From: an uncultured Gammaproteobacteria bacterium
Lineage (GTDB): Bacteria > Pseudomonadota > Gammaproteobacteria > UBA9214
Length of the DNA: 64,000 bases
Assembly (NCBI GenBank): GCA_963748215.1
Contig: CAVVHS010000008.1
Location: 416,001-480,000 of the forward strand
Direction of reading: 5' to 3'
Shown here piece after piece: positions 33,519 to 44,092 of this stretch (its first letter is position 1; every line of letters begins with the position of its first letter). Under the pieces are notes generated by a model, which had not been told where the DNA came from, did not search any database, and was given only the letters and a program-made list of their open reading frames with translations. Both the position numbers and the translations under genes were made by a program.

Positions 33519-34787
33519 CAAACTCCTCCAGAACATGGCATTGAAATGCACTTAGTTATTGCGGCCTGTCCGTATGGTTCGCACATCAAGGTACGAATCA
33601 GCCTATAAGAAAATACGATTACGATACCGAACAGTTGTTAACTCCAGGAAAATCTTGTTTATTGCCAATTTTGTTAAATTTTTCTTGGCTGAGCTATTAA
33701 CCATGCCCCGCCGCGGCTAACTTGTCTTGCTTTATATGTTTTTATATAAAAATTTGTCAACCAATCCATTCAAGATTCTGGTTCGACTAGCAATCTTTAT
33801 GCTACTTGCAAATGACAAATATTAAACCTCCCCTTGGAAAGGGCGGATACAAAAGAGTGTATGTTAATATAAAACAGTTTGTGCGGCGAGTAATTTTTTA
33901 GATGCTCCTGTACACACCGCCGCTTCTGGCTGATCGAGATCGATACAAATACGGCTGTACGGACAGCTCCGAAAACGAACGCCCGACAGCTTCGACACCT
34001 GCTTAATATGTCCTCGAAATAATCATTATAATCAGCCAGATACCCCGGCTGGCGATGACTGATAGAAAACTTCGAGGATTTGGCCATGCGATATTGATCG
34101 GAAATTGACTACAGCCTTGCTATGCCTCTCGTGTCTCCCACGCGAGTCTGATGCGCCGCATCCATGGGACTGCGCAGACACTAACAGCACCCTCCCCTAA
34201 CGTTTTGCACAGTGGGCCCACGCCTTGCTTGCTGAAGATGACCGTATAGCCGTGCACATTCATCAAGGGAACAAATCCATCCAGACCACGTCAACCGGCG
34301 TGGATGGGTTCAGGAGCTATCACGAGCCTGACATGCCCTTTATCGTTAAACACACCAGCCCGAGCACCGTTCTTTCGCGATACATTCTTCCTACTGCCAC
34401 AATTATGTCGATGAGAATCTGAAGCCTCGCTCTCGAAGCCATTCTCACGAACCATGACAAGAAAATGAGGACCTGATACCCTTGCTCCCGGAGCATCTCT
34501 CACGGGCAATGACAATAAATGGGAAAGTCTTATAACAGCATATTCAGGTACTTGTTTCATTGTACACATACGATTTATCAAGAATCTATTTGACTGGTGG
34601 GCCTGCAATTGCCCCATGAGTAACAATCGATTGACCGCACAGCCCCAACGCATCTCTGCAGATGTTAACGGAAAACTACAAACATGCTGCATGTCACTTC
34701 CATTCTGCCCCGATTTGTTGGAAAGTATCACTCGAGTTATCATTCTTGACGCCTTGTTAACTGCACAGAAATAAAAGGTATATTTTA

Positions 34788-35369
34788 ATGACATCCCACA
34801 AAGCCCGTCTTTCTCTCGCAGCGTTGCTTTTCATGAGCCTTGTAAATGCACTTGCGGCAGGCGGCGGAGCAGACAGCGAGGGCGATGCTTACAAGATCCA
34901 ACCCGGAGATATGCTGGAAATCTCGGTCTGGAAGGAAGAAGACCTGATCAAGCAGGTACTGGTTCGCCCGGATGGGGGGATCTCGTTTCCCCTGGCCGGC
35001 GATCTGCAGGCGGCCGGCAAATCGATTAGCCGAATTGCAGAGCTCTGATCACCGAGCGGCTTGAGAAGTACATTCCCGATCCACTGTGCTACTGTTGCCG
35101 TCCTTAAACTGGACGGCAACAAGGTGTATGTCATCGGCAAGGTAAACAGACCAGGCGAATTTATCGCCAACCGGTATCTGGATGTGGTGCAGGCACTAAG
35201 TATGGCAGGTGGTATGACACCGTACGCAGCCGCCAACAAGATCTCGATCCTGCGCCGCACCGACGGCAAGCAGACCTCGATACCCTTCCGCTATGGCGAC
35301 ATCGAGAAAGGGGAAGACCTGCAGCAGAACATCATTCTGCAGAGCGGGGACGTGGTGCTGGTTCCCTGA
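34788..35369 (+). CDS. polysaccharide export protein, Wza/Poly_export-SLBB type (frameshifted at ~35030-35090)
   Basis: YKIQPGDMLEISVWKE, VRPDGGISFPLAG, VYVIGKVNRPG, ALSMAGG, LQSGDVVLVP. Confidence 0.85.
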
Positions 35370-35596
35370 TGTGGGACGTAAGCAGCGAATAGTGAAAAAC
35401 ATAATGGCCACAGAAGCACACGGAATTACCCGGAATAATAAGAAACTTCATTATTGAATTCCTCGCCGTGTCACCCCCTCGGAGGTAATGGATTGATTCC
35501 GGGATTATCGCTTTCGCAGGCATGGCAACTGTATTATGCTTCTGACATGCCCCGGTTATTACAGAACCTCCTGATTATCAACGGAATCAACGTCTG

Positions 35597-36804
35597 ATGC
35601 GTCTGCCGAAGAATCTGAACGGTGTGCTGGTCATGGCACTGGCCTTACCCATGTCGATTCAGGCTGCCGAGTGGTCAGCCGAACCCAGGGTGTCTCTGCG
35701 CGCCGGCTACAACGACAATATCCGCCTGACGACTGCCGATCACGATTCGGTCTGGGAGACCGCGCTCTCTCCTGCCGTGAAGTTCGGTGTTGCAAAGGAA
35801 CACCAGGGCCTGTCCGGCGACGCCGGCTTCGCGATTCGTCGCTTTACCGGCGGCAGCGGCCTTCAGAGCAGCGACATACTGGATCGCGAAGATTACCATC
35901 TGAACACCGATGCCTTTCACAACACCCTGCGTAACTCTTTCAAGGCCAACCTGGATTACACCCGCGACAGCACCCTGGATTCGGAACTGGACGAGACGGG
36001 CAACGTCATCCAGGATCGTGCCACACGCGAGCGACTGTCGCTGGGGCCGTCCTGGACAAGAACCCTGACTGAACTCACCCGCCTTGAACTGGCCTATGAC
36101 TACAGCAATGTTGAATACAGCGATGATCCCGGGGCCAATCTGGTGGACTATAAGTATCATGTCGCCTCTGCCTCATTGATACGCCAGCTGACCCCGCGCA
36201 TACAGGCCACGCTCGCAGCGGGGTACAGCAGCTATCGACCGGATACCGACTTTGATTCCGACACCTTGTCGCTGCAGGCCGGACTGTCGAGAAATTTCAG
36301 TGAAACAGTGGTGGCCTCATTTCTGGTAGGCCAGCGCCAGACGACTTCAGATTCGCTGACTACCGGTTTAGTAAAAACTGAAATTGAAACATCTGCCCCC
36401 GTATACTGCTGCCAGCATCACCAAGACGCTGGAGACCGGCTCGCTCGGCGCCAGCCTGTCGCGCTCGTCATCGCCCGGCGGCAACGGCGAACTGCTGGAT
36501 GCCACGCGCCTGGCGCTGACCGGCGACTACAAATTATCCGAGACTTTCAGCACGTCGTTGAGGATCGATTATACCGAGAACGAGACCATCGTCAGCGAGT
36601 GGAGTTGGCGCTGTGCTCAATCAGGACAAGGAGACCTTCTTTCGGGTCACCCCCCGGGCTTCGTGGCGCTGGCGACGTGAATGGGAGCTGGCAGGCGAGT
36701 ATCAATATGCCGAGAATGATGACCCCACCGCCGGGAAGGCAACACGCAACGCGGTGTATGCCACCCTGACCTACCGTCCGGTCAAGATTTCCGTGTCGCG
36801 GTAA
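35597..36804 (+). CDS. EPS-associated outer-membrane beta-barrel protein (frameshifted near the 3' end)
   Basis: Signal peptide, YNDNIRLT, amphipathic beta strands; the C-terminal strand NAVYATLTYRP is in another frame (36613-36804). Confidence 0.7.
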
Positions 36805-37412
36805 CGGCGAGGCAGGCAGTAGCCGATCGTTTCAATAGCCACGGAATTACAATTTATGACAGCCGTAGGGTGCGTTTTACGCACCGGATTCAGCGAACTG
36901 ACCGGACCCTACAAAAAATCGCCCCGGAAAACACGCTGGCTGATCTCCACGGCAAGAGCGTAGACAGGGAGTCCCGCGATACACAGGTCATGTCCTGATG
37001 GCGCCTTGCGCACAAGCCACGGGATCTCGAATAGTCAGATAAAAATATCTCATGTTATTCAATAATATATAACTTACACTCGTTGCATGCCGGCGATAGA
37101 TTGAAGGACCTGCGGACGCTGCCGGTAACAGGTACCGGGAACCGAATTTTCATTGTTACTGCAGCGGCCGGTTACGCCCCTGGTGACTACTGGCAGCCGA
37201 CCTAGTACCAAAATACTATGTCGCACGTTTATATTTTCAAATATATTGAAAAGCAAGCTGTACATTTAGGAGCATCTGATTGATACCATCATTCCAGCCC
37301 ATCGCCGAGACTCGCGTACCCTCGCGACGCGGGTGTCCGGGAGTGTCTGTGCTCCGCTGCCGGTGCGTGAAACGCACCCTACATCTGGGATTCGATAGCA
37401 AAAAGGTACTGT

Positions 37413-39167
37413 ATGACTGAACTCGCACTCGAACAGACACTGGATTTTGGCGATTACCTGGCCGCGTTCCGGCGCAGGCGCGGCATGATCCTGCTGGTCG
37501 CCGGCATCGTCTTCCTGCTGGGTCTGATTACGGCACTGGTCTGGCCGCCGACCTACCAGGCCTCCGCCACCATCCTGATCGAGGAACAGGAGATCCCCAC
37601 CGATCTGATCCAGTCGACGGTAACCAGCTACGCCTCCCAGCGCATTCAGGTCATCAGTCAGCGCGTCATGTCGCGTACCAACCTGCTCCAGGTCATCGAG
37701 AAATATGACCTCTATGAACGGGAGCGTCGCCTGAACACGATCGAGGATGTTCTGAACGACATGCGGGACGACATCAGCATCGACATGATCAACGCAGATG
37801 TCATGGACCCGCGCACCGGGCGCCCGACCGCCGCCACCATCGCCTTCACCCTGGGCTTTGCCAGTGAAAGTCCTCAGCAGGCCCTCAAGGTCGCCAACGA
37901 ACTGACCACGCTGTACCTGGACGAGAACCTGAAATCACGCACCGAGAAGGCCGCGGAAACCTACGACTTCCTGTCCGTTGAATCGAGCCGGCTGAGCGAT
38001 GAAATCAGCCGCCTGGAAAAGGAACTGGCTGAATTCAAGGAACGCAATGTCAACACCCTGCCGGAACTGCGCGACCTGAATACCCAGATCCTGGAACGCA
38101 CGGAACGGGAAATTTCCGACCTCGATACCCAGGTCCGGACGCTGGAAGAGAGAAAGATCTACCTGCAGGGTCAGCTTGGCGTGCTGGATCCGTATGGCAG
38201 CAGTGGCAATGTATTGAGTTCTTCGGCACGCCTGGAGGCGCTGCGCACGGAATATGTCGGGCTGGCCAGCCGCTATTCGCCGGACCACCCGGACGTCACC
38301 CGGATCAAGCGCGAGATCCGGGGACTGGAACAGGAAACCGGGCAGGGCGCCTCGGTAAATGACCTGCAGGCCCAGTTGCGGACCCTGCGCGATGACCTGG
38401 CAACGGCCAAACAGACCTACACCGCCGAACACCCGGACGTAAAAAGCCTGACCCGGCAGATCGCCAGGCTGGAAGCCGAGATCAAAGAGGTCTCATCCTC
38501 GCGAGGCTCAAACCTGCCAACCGCCACGCCCGACAACCCGGCCTATGTCAGCCTGAGTTCCCAACTGGCGGCGGCCGACACGGAAATACGCTCCCTGCGC
38601 ACCAAGCGCGCCCAGCTCATGGACAAGGTGGCGCAATACGAAAACCGGCTGTTACAGACGCCCAAGTCCGAGCAGGAATACCAGGGGCTGGCGCGTGACC
38701 TGGAAAACTCCACCCGGCGCTACCAGGAAATCCGGGCCAAGCAGATGACGGCGGAAGTGGCCCAGCAAATGGAGAAGGAACGCAAGGGCGAGAAATTCAC
38801 CCTGATCGATCCCGCCATCCTGCCGGAAGAACCCATCAGCCCGAATCGGGGCGCCATCATCTTTCTCAGCCTGGTACTGGCCCTGGGCGCGGGTGTGGGC
38901 TCCGCGGCCATCAGCGAAAGCCTGGACAACGCCGTGCGTGGCGTGAAGGGTGTTATTACCCTGCTGCATACCGCGCCGCTGGCCGTTGTCCCGTACCTGA
39001 CCAGCGCGGCGGAAAACAGTGTGCAAAAACGACGGCGTTACCTGTTGTTCGGTTCGATAGCGGCCGGGGTCATTATCCTGCTGTTACTGGTCCACTTCCT
39101 GGTGTCGCCGCTGGACGTGATGTGGTTCAGGGGCTTGCGCAAGATCGATCAGCTGGTCGGCGAATGA
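37413..39167 (+). CDS. polysaccharide chain-length determinant (Wzc/GumC-like)
   Basis: Two TM helices, PPTYQASATILIE, coiled coil, Y.P.HPDV twice, FTLIDPAILPEEPISP. Confidence 0.9.
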   Translation: MTELALEQTLDFGDYLAAFRRRRGMILLVAGIVFLLGLITALVWPPTYQASATILIEEQEIPTDLIQSTVTSYASQRIQVISQRVMSRTNLLQVIEKYDLYERERRLNTIEDVLNDMRDDISIDMINADVMDPRTGRPTAATIAFTLGFASESPQQALKVANELTTLYLDENLKSRTEKAAETYDFLSVESSRLSDEISRLEKELAEFKERNVNTLPELRDLNTQILERTEREISDLDTQVRTLEERKIYLQGQLGVLDPYGSSGNVLSSSARLEALRTEYVGLASRYSPDHPDVTRIKREIRGLEQETGQGASVNDLQAQLRTLRDDLATAKQTYTAEHPDVKSLTRQIARLEAEIKEVSSSRGSNLPTATPDNPAYVSLSSQLAAADTEIRSLRTKRAQLMDKVAQYENRLLQTPKSEQEYQGLARDLENSTRRYQEIRAKQMTAEVAQQMEKERKGEKFTLIDPAILPEEPISPNRGAIIFLSLVLALGAGVGSAAISESLDNAVRGVKGVITLLHTAPLAVVPYLTSAAENSVQKRRRYLLFGSIAAGVIILLLLVHFLVSPLDVMWFRGLRKIDQLVGE

Positions 39168-39648
39168 GCGCCGGCTTGTCTGCCGGCCTTTCCGGAAGGA
39201 TGGACGCGACCTGCCTGTACAGACTGGCAAAACGATTCAGGCGGTCCGGCATCCGGGTACCGCACGGAGGTAACACCGTGTTACCTTGTCATACCGGGCG
39301 GAGCACAGCGCAAACCCGGAATCCCGTTTTCGATAATGAATTTTCCGGATCCCCAGGTCGCTACCGGCATGCCCAGGCCAGCCTCAAGACAGGTGCCCGG
39401 TCTCATCATCCCCCTGAACAGCGTGTACCGGTCTGGCACGATGGCAGATATCAGCCTCCATAACCCCTTGATATTTAGGTTTACCGGGACATTACCGATA
39501 GTAATTTACCGAACCATCCGGCGAGCGAGGCATCACCTCAGCGCCCGACGGCTCACTGTCAATCTGTACCAAGGGACAATTCCCAAGACCCTACCTGCTG
39601 AAATATAAAGGCTTTATACTCTCGGCTGGCATACTGGAAGACGCAAGC

Positions 39649-40446
39649 ATGGAACGTATCAAACAGGCACTTGAAAAGGCCCGGCAGGAACGCCAGATCA
39701 GGCAAGGTGACGACATCATCCCGCCGGCACCGCCACGGCATGAGGCCGGTGCGGGGCAGGGCGAGGCGGTCACAGCACCCATCAGCCTGAATGAAACCGT
39801 ACTGCGCGAGCAGCGCATCATTGCCGGTATGCCGCCCAGCCCGTTCACCGAGGCCTACAACCTGCTGCGCACCCGCATTCTGCAGATATTCAAGGAACAC
39901 CGCTGGAACACCCTGGCGGTCACCAGTCCGGGGGTCAGCGCAGGCAAGACGCTGACCGCGATCAACCTGGCGATCAGTATCGCCCGGGAAGTCGATCACA
40001 CCGTGCTGCTGGTCGACGCCAACCTGCAACAGCCGGACTTGCTGGAGCACTTCGGTTTGCCACAGCGCAAGGGACTGAGTGATTACCTGACCGAGGACGT
40101 ACCCATCACGGAACTGCTGTTCAAACCTGGCATCCTCAATCGCCTGGTGGTGCTGCCCGGCGGCCGGCCGCTGGCCAATTCCTCCGAAATGCTCAGTTCA
40201 CCCAGAATGGGCCAGCTGGTCGCGGAAATGAAATCGCGCTATCCAGGCCGCATCGTCATTTTCGACCTGCCGCCGCTGCTGACTTCATCGGACACGCTGG
40301 CCTTCGCACCGCACGTGGACGCCGCGCTGCTGGTCGTCGAGGAAGGCGTGACCCAAAAAGACGAACTGCAACAGGCCGTCGATCTGCTGAGTGTCACCAA
40401 CATCGTCGGCACCGTCCTTAACAAGGCGGATGGCAATCTCGCCTGA
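39649..40446 (+). CDS. CpsD/CapB family BY-kinase-like ATPase
   Basis: EAYNLLRT, VTSPGVSAGKT, LLVDANL, IFDLPP, GTVLNK. Confidence 0.9.
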   Translation: MERIKQALEKARQERQIRQGDDIIPPAPPRHEAGAGQGEAVTAPISLNETVLREQRIIAGMPPSPFTEAYNLLRTRILQIFKEHRWNTLAVTSPGVSAGKTLTAINLAISIAREVDHTVLLVDANLQQPDLLEHFGLPQRKGLSDYLTEDVPITELLFKPGILNRLVVLPGGRPLANSSEMLSSPRMGQLVAEMKSRYPGRIVIFDLPPLLTSSDTLAFAPHVDAALLVVEEGVTQKDELQQAVDLLSVTNIVGTVLNKADGNLA

Positions 40447-40459
40447 CACTGACGCCACG

Positions 40460-41899
40460 ATGTACGAAGCCTTCTACAGACTCAAGGAAAAGCCCTTCAC
40501 CCTGCTGCCGGACCCGGGCTTCCTGTATCCCAGCAAGCAGCACCGCATGGCCATGACGCTGCTGGAGTACGGCCTGATGAACCAGGCGGGCTTCACCGTC
40601 ATCAGCGGCGAGATCGGCGCCGGCAAGACCACGCTGATCCGCCACCTGCTCAACAACATGGGCCAGGAATATACCATCGGCCTGATCACGAACACCCATC
40701 GCTCGTTCGGCGAGCTGCTGCAATGGATCCTGCTGGCCTTCAACATCGATCACAAGGGCCTGACCAAGGTCGAGATGCACCAGCGCTTCGTGGAGTTCAT
40801 CATCGACGAGTATGCGCAGAACCGGCGCACTGTGCTGATTGTCGACGAGGCACAGAACATGGATGCGGAAACACTGGAAGAGCTGCGCATGCTCTCCAAC
40901 ATCAATGCGGACAAGGACCTGTCGCTCCAGGTGGTGCTGTCAGGGCAGCGTGAGCTGCGCGAGACGCTGCGCCGTCCCGACCTGGTGCAGTTCGCCCAGC
41001 GCATTACGGTTGACTACCACCTGGAACCCCTGTCGGAAAGCGATACGGCCGGTTACATTCGCCACCGCCTGCAGGTCGCAGGCGGCGACCCGGACACTTT
41101 CACTCCCCGGGCCTGTGCGGCCATACACCGTTACAGCAACGGCATACCGCGGTTGATCAACCTGCTGTGCGATACCGCGCTGGTGTATGGCTATGCCGAC
41201 CAGAAGACACGCATCGATGCGAAGCTGGTCGCCGATGTCGCACGCGAAAAACAGCAGGGTGGCATCTTCCCGATGCATGTCCCTGCAGAGGCCAGCGAGG
41301 AAGACCTGGCCGACGAACAGGAAGTCGCCGCCGCAGCTGCGCAGCAGCCGCCCGCCGAACCCGCGACCCCGAAGACAGTCGTAGCAGAAGAACACCAGGA
41401 TGACTCGATGTCCGCACAGCCAGGACAGCCCGACACGGCAACCCCGCCTGCTGACGAACGCGGCGACAACCCGGCCGACACGACATACCGGGCTCAGGAC
41501 TACGCTGCCGTGGAGCCCTACGCTCAGCAGGCTAAAAAAAAACTTCGCCTCGCGGTGTGCGCCAGGGGAAAATCACGGCGTTTCTTGTCAGAACTGTTAG
41601 AAGACTATGGTTTTAAAATCGTCGACACCTTCTCGCCCGACGACGACCTGGTCGCGAAGCTGGACCCGCGCCTGGTCGATGTACTGCTGATCGACGCGCT
41701 GGAGGACGCACAGGATATCTCCCCCGCACTGAACGCCCTGCTCGCCTCATGGACCGGACCGGTCCTGTACAACGACGCCATTGGCACCCGGACCAGCCAG
41801 CTGCGCGGCAGAAAGGAAGCGCTCGGACGGGCACTCACGCAGCGCATCCATACACTCGCCGACCAGCGGATCCCCGACCCCACCGCGGTAAACCAGTAA
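40460..41899 (+). CDS. ExeA-like AAA ATPase (PEP-CTERM/EPS locus type) with C-terminal extension
   Basis: MYEAFYRLKEKPFTLLPDP, GEIGAGKT, VDEAQN, GIPRLINLLCD. Confidence 0.88.
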   Translation: MYEAFYRLKEKPFTLLPDPGFLYPSKQHRMAMTLLEYGLMNQAGFTVISGEIGAGKTTLIRHLLNNMGQEYTIGLITNTHRSFGELLQWILLAFNIDHKGLTKVEMHQRFVEFIIDEYAQNRRTVLIVDEAQNMDAETLEELRMLSNINADKDLSLQVVLSGQRELRETLRRPDLVQFAQRITVDYHLEPLSESDTAGYIRHRLQVAGGDPDTFTPRACAAIHRYSNGIPRLINLLCDTALVYGYADQKTRIDAKLVADVAREKQQGGIFPMHVPAEASEEDLADEQEVAAAAAQQPPAEPATPKTVVAEEHQDDSMSAQPGQPDTATPPADERGDNPADTTYRAQDYAAVEPYAQQAKKKLRLAVCARGKSRRFLSELLEDYGFKIVDTFSPDDDLVAKLDPRLVDVLLIDALEDAQDISPALNALLASWTGPVLYNDAIGTRTSQLRGRKEALGRALTQRIHTLADQRIPDPTAVNQ

Positions 41900-42277
41900 C
41901 GCCGGGCACTGCTGTCCCGTTACCTGTATTGATATCCCGTAACGTCCTCTGCAAGAAACTCATTACCATGGTAATGAACCAACAGCTGGTGCTCCAGGCA
42001 GTGCAGGTCATGAGGAATCACTAGTCGAAGTAAAAGAGAATTCCTTCCCCCTCCGGGACGACTGCATGGAGAAGGTGAGCCATTATTACGGGCATAGCCC
42101 GGGTCGAGAGGCTGGCCTGGGCCATGCCAGAGCCGAGAGCAATGCAGGAGCAATTGCCGGGAAGGCCAGGATGAGGGGATACAAAATCAATCAGTTATCC
42201 TATTATATCCCCTCTCCCCAACCCGCTTCCGTTGGGAGCGGGCGTTAACGGAACAGCAGTGAAAACGGGTATTGGGC

Positions 42278-43261
42278 ATGGGCAAACCGGTCATTCTTGT
42301 CGTCGGCGGTGCCGGTTATATCGGTTCACACATGGTGCTCGACCTGCTGCGTGCCGATTACCCGGTGGTCACGCTCGACAACCTGTCGCGGGGTCACCGG
42401 GAACTGCTACCCGGCGGTGACTTCGTCGAGGGCGATCTCGGCAATCCCGCGGACCTGCAGCGGGTCTTCGCCGACTATCCGGTCAGGGCGGTGATGCACT
42501 TCGCTGCCCATTCACAGGTCGGCGAGTCAGTCGAACAGCCGCTCATGTATTACCGCAACAACGTGGCCAATACCATTGGCCTGCTGGAGGCCATGCAGGC
42601 GGCCGATGTCAAACATTTCATCTTTTCCTCGACGGCTGCGGTGTACGGCGAACCCGAGCGGGTGCCTATCACCGAGGAGCATCCGCGCAACCCGACCAAC
42701 CCGTACGGTGCCACCAAGCTCGCAGTGGAGCGCCTGCTGGCGGACCTGAGTCCGGCCAGCGGCCTGACCTGGAGCGTGTTGCGCTACTTCAACGCGGCCG
42801 GTGCCGATGCCTCGGGCAGGATCGGCGAGCGCCACGAGCCGGAAACGCACCTCATCCCGCTGGTGCTGCAGGTCGCCACCGGCCAACGCGACGGCATCCG
42901 CATCTTCGGCGATGACTATCCCACACCCGACGGCACCTGCCTGCGCGATTACGTGCATGTCTCGGACCTCACCCGGGCCCACCTGCTGGCGCTGGAGGCG
43001 TTGCTTAACGGCGGCGGGAACTCGACCTACAACCTGGGCAACAGCACCGGCTACTCGGTCAGACAGGTCATCGAGGCCGCGCGTTCTATCACCGGGCACC
43101 CGATACCGGCCGACACTGCACCGCGACGCGCCGGCGATCCGGCCGTGCTGGTCGCAGACTCCAGCCGCATCCGCGCGCAGCTGGGCTGGCAACCCGCCTA
43201 CGAGGACATCGATGCCATTATTCGCACGGCATGGGCGTGGCACCAGCGCGAGGCTGGTTGA
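42278..43261 (+). CDS. galE: UDP-glucose 4-epimerase
   Basis: GGAGYIGSH, FSSTAAVYG, YGATK, RYFNAAGA, DGTCLRDYVHV. Confidence 0.95.
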   Translation: MGKPVILVVGGAGYIGSHMVLDLLRADYPVVTLDNLSRGHRELLPGGDFVEGDLGNPADLQRVFADYPVRAVMHFAAHSQVGESVEQPLMYYRNNVANTIGLLEAMQAADVKHFIFSSTAAVYGEPERVPITEEHPRNPTNPYGATKLAVERLLADLSPASGLTWSVLRYFNAAGADASGRIGERHEPETHLIPLVLQVATGQRDGIRIFGDDYPTPDGTCLRDYVHVSDLTRAHLLALEALLNGGGNSTYNLGNSTGYSVRQVIEAARSITGHPIPADTAPRRAGDPAVLVADSSRIRAQLGWQPAYEDIDAIIRTAWAWHQREAG

Positions 43262-43264
43262 GAC

Positions 43265-43681
43265 ATGGCATCTCTCCCATTGCTGAGCCGCCTGTTCCTG
43301 GTCCTGACGATCGGCTGGGCCGCGCTGATCTACTACCTCTCGGACCAGCCGGGTATCGACCTCCCCTCGCTGTTTCCGCAGCAGGACAAGTTCCTGCACC
43401 TGGTCGCCTACGGTATGCTGGGATTTTTTGCCATGGGTTCCTGCATGGCTGGCCGCTGCCGTCGCCGTGCCGCACACTACTGGGTGGTCGTATCGCTGGT
43501 CGGCCTGTACGGCGTACTCGATGAAATCCACCAGTATTTCGTGCCCGGCCGCCATTCCGACGTGCTCGACGTACTGGCAGATGTCAGCGGCGGCATGCTC
43601 GGCGCCGGCCTGATGTTCCTGCTGCTGCGCAGATACGCAACGGTCACCACACCGGAAGTACAAACCCAAGCACGGCCGTAA
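43265..43681 (+). CDS. VanZ family membrane protein
   Basis: DKFLHLVAYG, DEIHQYFVPGR..D..D...D. Confidence 0.9.
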   Translation: MASLPLLSRLFLVLTIGWAALIYYLSDQPGIDLPSLFPQQDKFLHLVAYGMLGFFAMGSCMAGRCRRRAAHYWVVVSLVGLYGVLDEIHQYFVPGRHSDVLDVLADVSGGMLGAGLMFLLLRRYATVTTPEVQTQARP

Positions 43682-43759
43682 TAATCCAATCTCGCGCAAA
43701 GCACAGATCGCCACAGAGCGCACACGGCTGAATCCTGTCTTTCAGGCACAGGATATGCG

Positions 43760-44070
43760 TGCAGGAGCGGATTCCATTCGCGATCTTTTCTAAACACCCC
43801 ATCGCGCGATGTACAGGGAGAAGGTGAGACCATTTTTACGGGCATAGCCCGGGTCGAGAGGCTGGCCTGGGCCATGTGCGGGAACGGCCATGAGATGCGC
43901 TTATCATCCCAATAGACGGTGTAGGGTGCACTCCGTGCACCATTCCCGGTGCGTAAAACGCACCCTACGCCCGGGTTTTATTTTTCCGTGGATTCCGCGG
44001 CCATTCTTTTCTCACGTCTCACGATATACGTGTTATAGCCGAGTTGTTCCGTGTACTTCTGTGGCCGTTT
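43760..44070. repeat. mosaic repeat cluster
   Basis: GGGCATAGCCCGGGTCGAGAGG module, REP doublet, TTCCGTG module, heptamers. Confidence 0.8.
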
Positions 44071-44092
44071 TTTACATCGGGCCCGCGTGCGC

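Noticed and set aside
34291-34794. 167-aa minus-strand ORF
   Set aside because: No motif, atypical composition, and it overlaps the presumed promoter and start of the wza-like gene.
17700-35370. Prophage, integron or defence island interpretation
   Set aside because: No integrase, phage structural genes, attC-like cassette structure or recognisable defence domains were seen.
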